64,000 nucleotides of DNA from an uncultured Gemmatimonadaceae bacterium (lineage in GTDB: Bacteria > Gemmatimonadota > Gemmatimonadetes > Gemmatimonadales > Gemmatimonadaceae). The notes under the pieces were generated by a model that had not been told where the DNA came from, did not search any database, and was given only the letters and a program-made list of their open reading frames with translations. The stretch covers positions 288,001-352,000 of the forward strand of contig CAWFQK010000001.1 of assembly GCA_963817955.1 (NCBI GenBank), given 5' to 3'. Below are positions 29,701 through 37,405 of this stretch, one piece after another. Position 1 is the first letter of the stretch. Every line of letters starts with the position of its first letter. The position numbers and the translations under genes were made by a program.

Positions 29701-30454
29701 GCAGGCGCTGAAGATCCCGGACCGCGCCACGATCTCGCTCGGCATCGCGAATCCACTCACGGGCATCGACGCCTTGGTGCACGGCTCGAACAACCTGCAC
29801 GGGTGGGGCGCGCCGTCCACCGTCGATCCCACGCTGCTCTACGTGCGCGGTTTCGATCCCATGACGCAGCGCTACACCTACGACGTCAACCCGCGGTTCG
29901 GCGCGAATCGCCAGGCGAGCGCGCTCAATCTGGCGCCGATGCAGCTCACGCTCGACGTACGCCTCGACGTCGGCCCCGAACGGGAACGGCAGGATCTCTT
30001 CCTCCGGCTCCGCAGCGGCCGCGGCGGACGCGGCAACAAGCTGAGCGAGTTGCAGGTCAAGCAACAGTACATCCGCAGCTATCCAAACCCGTTCGAGCAG
30101 ATGCTTCGGCAGGGTGATTCGCTCGGCCTGAGCAATGAAGCCGCCGACAGCATCGCGATCCTCAACAAGACGTACGGCAAGGTCATCGATTCGATCTGGA
30201 CGCCGGTTGCAAAGTACCTGTCCGCGCTTCCCGACAAGTACGACCTCGACGAGGCGTACAGCCGTGTGAGCGAGGCGCAGAACAAGTCCCTCGACCAGAT
30301 GGGGATATATGGGCCCGCCGCGAAGCTGCTGCTGACCGATGAGCAAATTCGCAAGCTGCCCCCGTATATCGCGCTGTTCCTCGACAACCAGGCCATTCGC
30401 CAGGTTCGTCCCGGCCGCGCTGGCGGCGGACGCGGTGGGTTCTTCGGGGGCTGA
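26789..30454 (+). CDS. Oar/TonB-dependent receptor-like outer-membrane protein with carboxypeptidase-regulatory-like N-domain
   Basis: Signal peptide, IRGRV..PDKKPV, TNKDGRF, plug-like region, beta-barrel strands (SPRLGFSW), GDVNGDG; GAGG RBS before GTG. Confidence 0.8.
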   Translation: MSARRTLFLLVLALLGGFAPLHAQDTPDIIRGRVMGPDKKPVENVTVTATSLTNQTSRTAKTNKDGRFSIIFSGGGGDYMMAFTSIGFQPTRFEVKREVDEDVLVADASMSKTAVSLDAMRVTAGRERPDRNGNQAEVGGREQSINPNNVPIDVLGDLSAMAATLPGITLIPGADGAANGFSVLGLTADQNNITLNGLNFSGTDLPRDATSQTRVTTSSYDVSRGGFSGAQIALRTNSGSNYTTRSLHQTVDAPSLQYTDAIGRSLGQQFTNLQLSGSAAGPITFDKAFYSFSWQLGRRFSGLQDLLNTDPLALERVGVSADSVRQLIAMLQSSGIPLSSPAIPNNKLTQNGSFISSFDFAPSGTHTFNITMNGRWSGADATNLSTTAVPIHGGQTSSYGGTLQGRHSAYFWDNFLNETSASVQESVSLGDPYVDLPSATVRVNSNFADGTAGVSNLQFGGNSGLPRNSNTINSEVQNQLSWISLDNQHRFKFGVDLRYNRYSQDNTSNRLGTFVYNSLSDFQNDIPASFSRRLQVNRRLGDDLGASAWLGDSYRRTPRFQVTYGLRVDASHFQGNPAFNPVVDSIFGARNDAVPRGVYVSPRLGFSWTYGTNPQIGGFDGAARGSRGQISGGIGQFQNLPSSQLIAGAVDQTGLPSAAQQLSCIGSAVPAPDWLQYLQNTGTIPSTCTGDLTSYSSTVPNVSLFAPDYIPQRSWRANLGWNMPVLNNRFRLSSGATYSLNLNQQSQIDLNFNHQVRFTLPDEGRPVFVDPASIVPTTGSILSRDARVTQNFAQVTDYLSDLQSHSSQLSFGVSPIAFNSSLQWSATYIWQKVVEQTRGFGSGGTANDPYNIQWARSDRDARHQITYNIGYTFHQAVSVTAFGRFQSGNPFTPIVQGDVNGDGYGNDRAFIYNPAAPTTVPALASAMQSLLTSAPSSVRDCLNKQLGTIAGKNSCEGPWSTSLSLRVSLVSQALKIPDRATISLGIANPLTGIDALVHGSNNLHGWGAPSTVDPTLLYVRGFDPMTQRYTYDVNPRFGANRQASALNLAPMQLTLDVRLDVGPERERQDLFLRLRSGRGGRGNKLSELQVKQQYIRSYPNPFEQMLRQGDSLGLSNEAADSIAILNKTYGKVIDSIWTPVAKYLSALPDKYDLDEAYSRVSEAQNKSLDQMGIYGPAAKLLLTDEQIRKLPPYIALFLDNQAIRQVRPGRAGGGRGGFFGG

Positions 30455-30484
30455 GAGACGGGAGACAGCAGGCGATCGTGAAAC

Positions 30485-30523
30485 GAAACAGGCCGGAGCG
30501 ATGACGTCGCTCCGGCCTGTTTC
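30485..30523. terminator. Perfect 17-bp inverted repeat between convergent genes (bidirectional terminator)
   Basis: GAAACAGGCCGGAGCGA-TGACG-TCGCTCCGGCCTGTTTC. Confidence 0.8.
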
Positions 30524-30564
30524 ATATCTGCTGATGTCTACCGTCTAGCATCTCACGTCGAGCA

Positions 30565-31821
30565 CTAGCGTCTAACGCTTGTCCCGGTGAGCTGCGCGAG
30601 CCCCGCCAACGTGGTCTGGGCGGCATTCAGCCCCAGCCTGAAATCCTTTTCACTGTAGGTCGCGAAGACATCGGTTGGTTGGTGCCACTGCGGATCCCAG
30701 CCCGCGCCCACCTGTGCACCGCGCTCATTCTCGCGCAGGCTGATCGCCGGAATGATGTCCTTGAATGGATCGGAGTCGGTGTTCGTCATATGCGGTCCGA
30801 CCGCCGCGGGATAATCGGTCGCGTACTTCTCATTCGCTGCCTTGAGGAACCAGGCCAGCTTCTGCGAGGCGTCGGCTTCCTTGGCAGCGGACGCAAACTC
30901 GATGTTCACGTCGGCTTCCAGACGCTGCTCCTTACTCATGGTGCCGTCGGGGCGCGGCATGCCGTGATCGAACAGCATCATGTCGTGCTGGATCATGCCA
31001 AGCCATTTCGGCTCCGGGTACTTGCCGGAAGCCGCCGGACTTTCCTTGCCCTGGAGCGCCTGCCGCTGTGCGATGTAGGCGCGGGCGCCGTTCAGGCCAC
31101 TCTCCTCATTGTTCCAGAGGACGAAGCGAATGGAGCGGTCTGTCTTGACGTCCGGCCCGCTGAACACGCGCGCCAATTCCATCACCAGTGCCGTGCCCGA
31201 GCCATCATCGTTCGCCGCTTCGCCCCAGCCAATGCCGTCCATGTGGCCACCAACGATGTACATCTCCTCGGGGTGAGTCGTCCCGATCTTCGTGCAGTAG
31301 ACCTCTTGCCGCTCGCCAGGGGTGCTCGGCTGCGCATCAATGGCGCGGATGCGCGGATCCGGTTGTGCGAGCGAATCGTTATTGACTCCGGTGCGGGTGC
31401 GAACGCCGAACATTCGGCTGCCCCCCTGCCCATTCGCTGGGCCAACTCCGATCACATTTCCTCCGGCTCCCCCGGCTCCCGCTGCTCCGCGTCCGCGTCC
31501 GCGTCCAGCACCCGGCGCTGCAGCCGCACGCGGCGGCGGCGGCTCGTACTGGTACGTGATCCGCTCGGTATTCGTGCAGCCATAGCTCTTGAGCTGTGCC
31601 TCGATCCAGTCCACCGCCGCGCGATTGCGGTCGGTGCCCTGGCGACGGTCTCCGAATTGGGTAAGACCCTTGATCGTCGCCTGGTACTTCCCGAGGTCAA
31701 GGCGCCCTACGAGGGTGCGCACGGGGTCGTTTGCCGTATCGGCGGTGGCTTGCGCGAAAGCCTGGGCGCTAGTCAGAACGAGTAGCCCGCAGGCAATTCG
31801 AATCTTGGAAATCGAACGCAT
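30565..31821 (-). CDS. Exported M28 family metallopeptidase
   Basis: Signal peptide; GGHMD, ANDDGSG, NNEESG, QHDM, WHQPTD metal-binding motifs. Confidence 0.88.
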   Translation of the reverse strand: MRSISKIRIACGLLVLTSAQAFAQATADTANDPVRTLVGRLDLGKYQATIKGLTQFGDRRQGTDRNRAAVDWIEAQLKSYGCTNTERITYQYEPPPPRAAAAPGAGRGRGRGAAGAGGAGGNVIGVGPANGQGGSRMFGVRTRTGVNNDSLAQPDPRIRAIDAQPSTPGERQEVYCTKIGTTHPEEMYIVGGHMDGIGWGEAANDDGSGTALVMELARVFSGPDVKTDRSIRFVLWNNEESGLNGARAYIAQRQALQGKESPAASGKYPEPKWLGMIQHDMMLFDHGMPRPDGTMSKEQRLEADVNIEFASAAKEADASQKLAWFLKAANEKYATDYPAAVGPHMTNTDSDPFKDIIPAISLRENERGAQVGAGWDPQWHQPTDVFATYSEKDFRLGLNAAQTTLAGLAQLTGTSVRR

Positions 31822-31921
31822 CAGAATCCTGTTCAGTGGTAGGCGCCGGCCACGCGGCAGTTCCGCCGGCACTGGATCATGGATTTTGAGCGGTGTATCG
31901 GCAAGTGGCCGCACAAACTGC

Positions 31922-31964
31922 GGGACACGGACACGAGACACGAGACACGGGACACGGACACGGG
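31922..31964. repeat. Short tandem 6-7-mer repeat (G[GA]GACAC-type)
   Basis: GGGACAC GGACAC GAGACAC GAGACAC GGGACAC GGACAC GGG. Confidence 0.8.
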
Positions 31965-31969
31965 ATCCC

Positions 31970-31997
31970 TGTCATCCTGAGCGGAGCGAAGGATCTC
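31970..31997 (+). repeat. REP-like palindromic unit
   Basis: TGTCATCCTGAGCGGAGCGAAGGATCTC with an ATCCT/AGGAT stem; resembles the widespread GTCATCCTGAGCGnAGCGAAGGATC intergenic repeat type. Confidence 0.6.
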
Positions 31998-32033
31998 CGT
32001 GACCGGCGGGGAGACTCGTGTTCGACGCGTGGT

Positions 32034-33172
32034 TCAGCGCGCCGGTTTCGGCGCAGCGTCCGGCGGATCGAACTGCAGACCAGGTCCATCGGCGAACCCG
32101 CGTCCCAGATCGAGCAGCAGTCCGCGGGCGTCGGGGGTTACCCGTCGCGCCGCCACCATGTGGTCTACAAACCATTCGCCACGCTGCGTCGACAGATCGT
32201 CGTAGCGCACGCCACCGCCGCTCGAGCTCGAGTGGATGATACGATTACGCCCCGCATAGATCGCGACATGCCCAATACGGCCATTCTCCTCGAACATCAC
32301 GAGGTCGCCGGCCGAAACGGCGCGCCAGTCAGGTGACAGCGCCATCCCAACTTGTGCCTGCTCCTGCGAGGTACGTGGAAGCTGCACGCCTTGCCTGGCG
32401 AAGACATACTGCACGAAACCCGAACAGTCGAATCCCGAGTTGGGCGACGTACCGCCAAACCGATACGGCACGCCGAGGTACTCTTCTGCCGTACCGATCA
32501 CCCGCGCCGAACCGGCGGAGGTGGTGGGACGGCCGGTGGAGGGAAGACTCGACGGCATTGCACTGACGCGGCTGCTGCGCGCGCGTGAATCAGCGGCGTG
32601 CGCTCGGCCAGGTGAGCCAACATGGAACGAAACGCCGACGCGGAACTCAGTCGTCGGTGATGGCGCGGACGCCGCCGTCGGCAACAGGTACTGCGACATC
32701 CGCCAGCGCGACTCGCCGAAGAGATCCACCGCGCTGCCGAGTGGGATCGTGGTGCCGAGGCCGTAGCTCCAATTGTTGCTGATGGTAGTCGAGCCACTGT
32801 TGTCCCCCCCGCCGTGCCGATGCCGGCGAAAACGTAGGGCGCAAAGGTGCGAGACCTCTTCGTCGCACCTCTCCCGATGAAGAGCATGACGTCGGCGTCC
32901 GCTCCCCAAGGGCGATAGGTGCCGGTTGCACCAAATCCGTAGCTGTTCGCATTCTCCATGGCCATGTGGCCGCTCGCTCGCAGGCCGAACCCGCCATTCC
33001 CGGCAAGTGTGAGCGCGAGGCCGGCCAACGGGCTGACCCCGGCGCTCGGCAAAAACGAGACGAACGGACTCACGAACAGATCGGATTGCTGCGCACCTGC
33101 CGGCGAGATCGGTGCGAACGTGGCGGCGCAGAGGACGGCGACCACGGTGGAGGTGGGGATTGGACGGAACAC
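32034..33172 (-). pseudogene. OMP beta-barrel-like domain + NlpC/P60 (C40) peptidase, frameshifted in a G7 run at 32804-32810
   Basis: Frame A: signal peptide...FAPYVFAGIGTAGG. Frame B: DNSGSTT...EFRVGVSFH...YLGVPYRFGG...GFDCSGFVQYV...GHVAIY...IIHSS. G8 restores a single ORF. Confidence 0.8.
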
Positions 33173-33376
33173 TGGAACTCCGGAACATGTGTGTTCGGCC
33201 ACCTATGCACGACCGCTGCCATTGCCTGGAATCATCTTAAGACATTGCGACTGAACGATTTGGGAGACTGACACTGGCTGGTTCCAAGCCACCGGCGTCC
33301 TGGTAGCGGGACACTACGTGTCACAACCAGAGAACAGCGGAACGCGCGCCGCTTCACCCGTGTCGCTGTGTTGGCG

Positions 33377-34741
33377 TCAGCCCGCGTATACGTGGATGCT
33401 GATCGGCAACGGGACGTCCACGCACTCCTCGACACTGAGCCGGACACGCCGCACTGTCGCGGGCGCAAACCGGTCGAGCTTGCGAAAGCCGATCGTCGTT
33501 CCTGATGACAACGTTCGCCATCCGTCCAGTGTCTCTCCCTCGAGACGATAACGAGCGACGCGTTGACCGGTGGCGATGTCTTCACGCAAGTCGGCAATGG
33601 CGATGGAGACGAACGACCCCATGTCGACCTGTCCGACCTCCGTCCCCGCGCCGGTCGGCTGCCAGGAGAACGGCTGCCCGCCTGCAACCTCGGCCGCCAG
33701 CATAGCGCGGAGTCGACCGTTCATGCCGGCAAGCCGCGCCACGTCGACGTCGTGCAACAATCCATTGCGCGTCGGCGGCACGTTGAGCAACAACTTCGAA
33801 TTGCGGCCGACCGACGTGAAGAACAGACTCACCAGGTCGTCCACGCTGCGCACACGCGCATCCTCGGCTGCGTGATGGAACCATCCTGGCCGTATCGACA
33901 CATCCGTCTCACCCGGCCGCCATGCGGTTCCGCTCGGATCACCCTGCTGGAGCATCTGCATGACGCGATCTCCCGTCGCACCGGGAAACGGCACCACTGA
34001 CGGATCCACGGTCGACCAGTTCGTCTCACCAGCGGCACCGCGCTCGTTACCAATCCAGCGAACGTCGGGGCCGGCGTCGGAGAAGATCACAGCATCTGGC
34101 TGCAGCCGGCGGACCGTAGCCCAGATTCGCGGCCAATCGTAGACCTGCCGCCGGCCATTCGGCCCTTCGCCATTCGCCCCATCGAACCAGACTTCCGCGA
34201 TCGGTCCATAGCGCGTCAGCAGCTCTGTAAGTTGATCGCAGTAGAAATCATTGTAGCGCGGTGAATCGCCGTACACGGCCGCATTCCGATCCCAGGGCGA
34301 CAGGTACAAACCAGCTTTCAACGATTCGGCGCGGCAAGCGTCGACGAACTCGCGAACGACGTCGCCCTGCCCGTCGCGGAACGGACTCCTTGCGACGGAA
34401 TGCGCGGTGGTCGCCGTGGGCCACAGGCAGAATCCGTCGTGATGTTTGGCGGTGAGGATCATCGCCCGGAATCCCGCCGCCCGCGCGGCACGCGCCCATT
34501 GTCTGGCATCGAGCGCTGTCGGCGCGAAGATCGCCGGGTCTTCCCGCCCGTCGCCCCATTCGCGATCGGTGAACGTGTTGACGCCGAAATGGAGGAACAG
34601 CGCGCGCTCATCGCGCTGCCACTCGAGCTGCGCGGCGGACGGCGCCGGTCGCTGGCGACGGCTGCCTCGAACATTCTCCCCCCGTAGCGAGCCGGCGAGA
34701 ACGACCGCTGCGCCGCTCGCGAGAAACTCTCGGCGATTCAT
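33377..34741 (-). CDS. Alpha-L-fucosidase (GH29) with Tat signal
   Basis: MNRREFL, FLHFGVNTF, LTAKHHDGFCLW, YLSPWD, VWFDGA, SIRPGWF. Confidence 0.92.
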   Translation of the reverse strand: MNRREFLASGAAVVLAGSLRGENVRGSRRQRPAPSAAQLEWQRDERALFLHFGVNTFTDREWGDGREDPAIFAPTALDARQWARAARAAGFRAMILTAKHHDGFCLWPTATTAHSVARSPFRDGQGDVVREFVDACRAESLKAGLYLSPWDRNAAVYGDSPRYNDFYCDQLTELLTRYGPIAEVWFDGANGEGPNGRRQVYDWPRIWATVRRLQPDAVIFSDAGPDVRWIGNERGAAGETNWSTVDPSVVPFPGATGDRVMQMLQQGDPSGTAWRPGETDVSIRPGWFHHAAEDARVRSVDDLVSLFFTSVGRNSKLLLNVPPTRNGLLHDVDVARLAGMNGRLRAMLAAEVAGGQPFSWQPTGAGTEVGQVDMGSFVSIAIADLREDIATGQRVARYRLEGETLDGWRTLSSGTTIGFRKLDRFAPATVRRVRLSVEECVDVPLPISIHVYAG

Positions 34742-37398
34742 CGAACGACGAGCGTGCCGCGCAACCGAATGTCCTTCGACGACGCGCCAACCATCACGCG
34801 GAACGCGCCCGGCTCCACGACCCAGTGTGAATCGCGATCGAGCATCTGCAGCTCGTCGCGCGACAAGGTGAACGACACGTCGCGCTCCTCACCGGCCGCG
34901 AGGTGCACGCGCCGGAAGCCTTCGAGCTGCGTGACGGGCCGAGCGACGCTCGCCAGGTCGTCGTGGACGTACAATTGGACGACTTCGTCGCCCGCCCGCC
35001 CACTGGTGTTCCGGACCCGGCAGCGTATGACCGCCGAGCCATTCGTCGCAATCGTGTCCGGCTCGATGCCGAGATGAGAATATTCGAATGACGAGTAACT
35101 CAGACCAAACCCGAACGGGAATGACGGCTGTCCCGTCAAGTCCAGATAATCGTCGCCACGGCCCGTCGGCTTGTGGTTGTAGATGAGCGGGAGCTGGCCC
35201 TCGGATACGGGGAAGGTGATCGGCAACCGCCCGGCGGGATTGGCATCGCCAAACAGGATGTCGGCCACGGCACGTCCCCCCTGTTCGCCGGGATACCAGG
35301 CGTCGATCACCGCGGCCGTCCGATCGATCCAACGGCTCATCGCAATCGCGCTCCCGCCCACGACGACGACGACCACAGGCGTTCCAGTCGACGCCACGCG
35401 TTCGATCAACTCCTCCTGATGCCCGGGCAATCCGAGGAACGCGCGATCGCGGAACTCCCCTTCTTCGATTCCAGCGACGACGATCGCGACATCGCTGGCT
35501 TTCGCCAGCCGCACGGCCGAATCGATCTGCGCACGCCAGACATTCGGCACGCCGGCGTCCCACACCAGCTTCACCCGTGCGTTGCCGGTGCTCTCGAAAT
35601 ATTCCAGCCGGATGTCGTGCGTCGATCCCGGAGGAAAGTGCACGTCGGTCCACCGCGTGCCGAACGACTGCTTGTGCCAGTCGTCGATCACCAGCGTGCC
35701 GTCGAGATACAGACGATACCCGTCGTTTCCCTGTACGCCAATGCGATGCACGCCGCTCGGCGGAACCCGCACGCGGCCCGTCCAACGGACGGAATACCAG
35801 TCGAACGGAATGCCGCGCGCCGGCGAGTTGAGCGTCCACCCAAAATTGACGGACTCGTCCAGGCGCACCACGCGCGGCTGCCCGTCCAGGCGATTGTTAT
35901 CGAAGTACTCGCCGCGCAGTCCATGCACCTCACGCCCGTCCCGTGCGCTGACCAGATTCTCTGACGGTATTGCTACCGACTCGAGCGTGATACGACCCGG
36001 CCCGCTCACGAAGCGCACTCGCGCCGACCCGACCTTTTCTCGGATGCCGTCGAGGAGAGAGATCTTCTGGATGCCCGGGCCGCTATAGCCACCCAGTCGC
36101 GCCTCCGACGCATCCGCTCCAATCACCGCGATCGACTTCAGCGTCTTGTTCAGGGGCAGCGCCTGGTGCTCGTTCCGGAGCAGGACGATCGATTCCTGCG
36201 CCGCCTCGCGCGCCAACGCCAGATGCGCAGGGTTCCCATTCCAGTACGCCGCGCTGTCCGGACTCACGTACGGCGTCTCGAACAACCCGAGCTCGAATTT
36301 CGCGCGCAGCACGCGCGCCACCGCGGTATCGATTACGGCCACGTCGATGGTGCCGCGACGAAACGCATCCAGATACGGCCGGTATTGCGGGTACGAAGAC
36401 TGAAAGATCACATCGAGGCCGGCGTTCAATGCGTCCGCGGTCGCCGTGGCCGTACTCTGCTCGGTGTGGTGCAGCACCTTCGCTCCGCCCACCGCTGCCT
36501 GATCGGAAATTACGAATCCTTTGAAGCCCCACTCGTCGCGCAATTTGCCGGTCAACAGTGCGCGGTTCTGTGAGGCAGGGGATCCGTCGACCGCGTTGTA
36601 CGAGCTCATGATGGAGCCGGCGTTCGCCTGCATCACGGCCGCTTTGAATGGCGGAAAGAACTCCTCGTCGAGCAGGCGCGCGCTGAGATCGATCGGATAG
36701 CTGTCCCGACCACCGTCGCCGACGTTCGCGATGAAGTGTTTGGGCGTCGCGATGATTCCGTTGCGTTGCATGGTGCCGACGAACGTCAGCGCCAATTGCG
36801 AGGAGAGATACGGATCTTCGCCATACGTCTCCTCCACGCGTCCCCAGCGTACGTCATTCGCAACGTTGATCACGGGCGACAGCACCTGGCGAATGCCCCG
36901 GCTGCCGGTTTCGCGTGCAATGGCCGTCGCGACCCGGCCCGTCAACGCAGTGTCCCACGTCGCGGCGAGCGCGATTGCTTGCGGAAACACCGTTGCCCCA
37001 TCGCGTCCGAGACCGTGTACCGCCTCTTCGAACGGAATGATCGGAACGCCGAGCCGCGTTCGCTCTACGAAATACCGTTGGATGGCGTTGATGCGCTCGG
37101 CGTGCAGGCGTGCCGCGTCGTGCGGCGGCGGCGGCGGCGTCCCCGCCGCGTGCGTCGAGATCTGCAACCCGAACACGCCGTGCGAGTAATCCTCGGTCGA
37201 GTCGTCGAGGCTGCCGGGAATCATGAACAACTGCCAGAACTTCTCCTCGAGCGTCATGCGGCCGAGGAGGTCGTGTACTCGCGCGTCGACGGACAGGTGC
37301 GGATCGTGATATGGTGCACGATCCGACGCCTGTGCCGACACCCGTCCCGCCGCCAACCACATGAAGCCAAAGCACAACAGCAGGCGGCGGGACGACAT
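34738..37398 (-). CDS. GH3 beta-glucosidase/xylosidase with PA14 insert and Fn3-like domain
   Basis: MTLEEK, EAVHG, WGRVEETYGEDP, PKHF, GFVISD (nucleophile), PFGFGLSYS, L.GFRRV. Confidence 0.92.
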   Translation of the reverse strand: MSSRRLLLCFGFMWLAAGRVSAQASDRAPYHDPHLSVDARVHDLLGRMTLEEKFWQLFMIPGSLDDSTEDYSHGVFGLQISTHAAGTPPPPPHDAARLHAERINAIQRYFVERTRLGVPIIPFEEAVHGLGRDGATVFPQAIALAATWDTALTGRVATAIARETGSRGIRQVLSPVINVANDVRWGRVEETYGEDPYLSSQLALTFVGTMQRNGIIATPKHFIANVGDGGRDSYPIDLSARLLDEEFFPPFKAAVMQANAGSIMSSYNAVDGSPASQNRALLTGKLRDEWGFKGFVISDQAAVGGAKVLHHTEQSTATATADALNAGLDVIFQSSYPQYRPYLDAFRRGTIDVAVIDTAVARVLRAKFELGLFETPYVSPDSAAYWNGNPAHLALAREAAQESIVLLRNEHQALPLNKTLKSIAVIGADASEARLGGYSGPGIQKISLLDGIREKVGSARVRFVSGPGRITLESVAIPSENLVSARDGREVHGLRGEYFDNNRLDGQPRVVRLDESVNFGWTLNSPARGIPFDWYSVRWTGRVRVPPSGVHRIGVQGNDGYRLYLDGTLVIDDWHKQSFGTRWTDVHFPPGSTHDIRLEYFESTGNARVKLVWDAGVPNVWRAQIDSAVRLAKASDVAIVVAGIEEGEFRDRAFLGLPGHQEELIERVASTGTPVVVVVVGGSAIAMSRWIDRTAAVIDAWYPGEQGGRAVADILFGDANPAGRLPITFPVSEGQLPLIYNHKPTGRGDDYLDLTGQPSFPFGFGLSYSSFEYSHLGIEPDTIATNGSAVIRCRVRNTSGRAGDEVVQLYVHDDLASVARPVTQLEGFRRVHLAAGEERDVSFTLSRDELQMLDRDSHWVVEPGAFRVMVGASSKDIRLRGTLVVR

Positions 37399-37405
37399 GA
37401 TTGTC

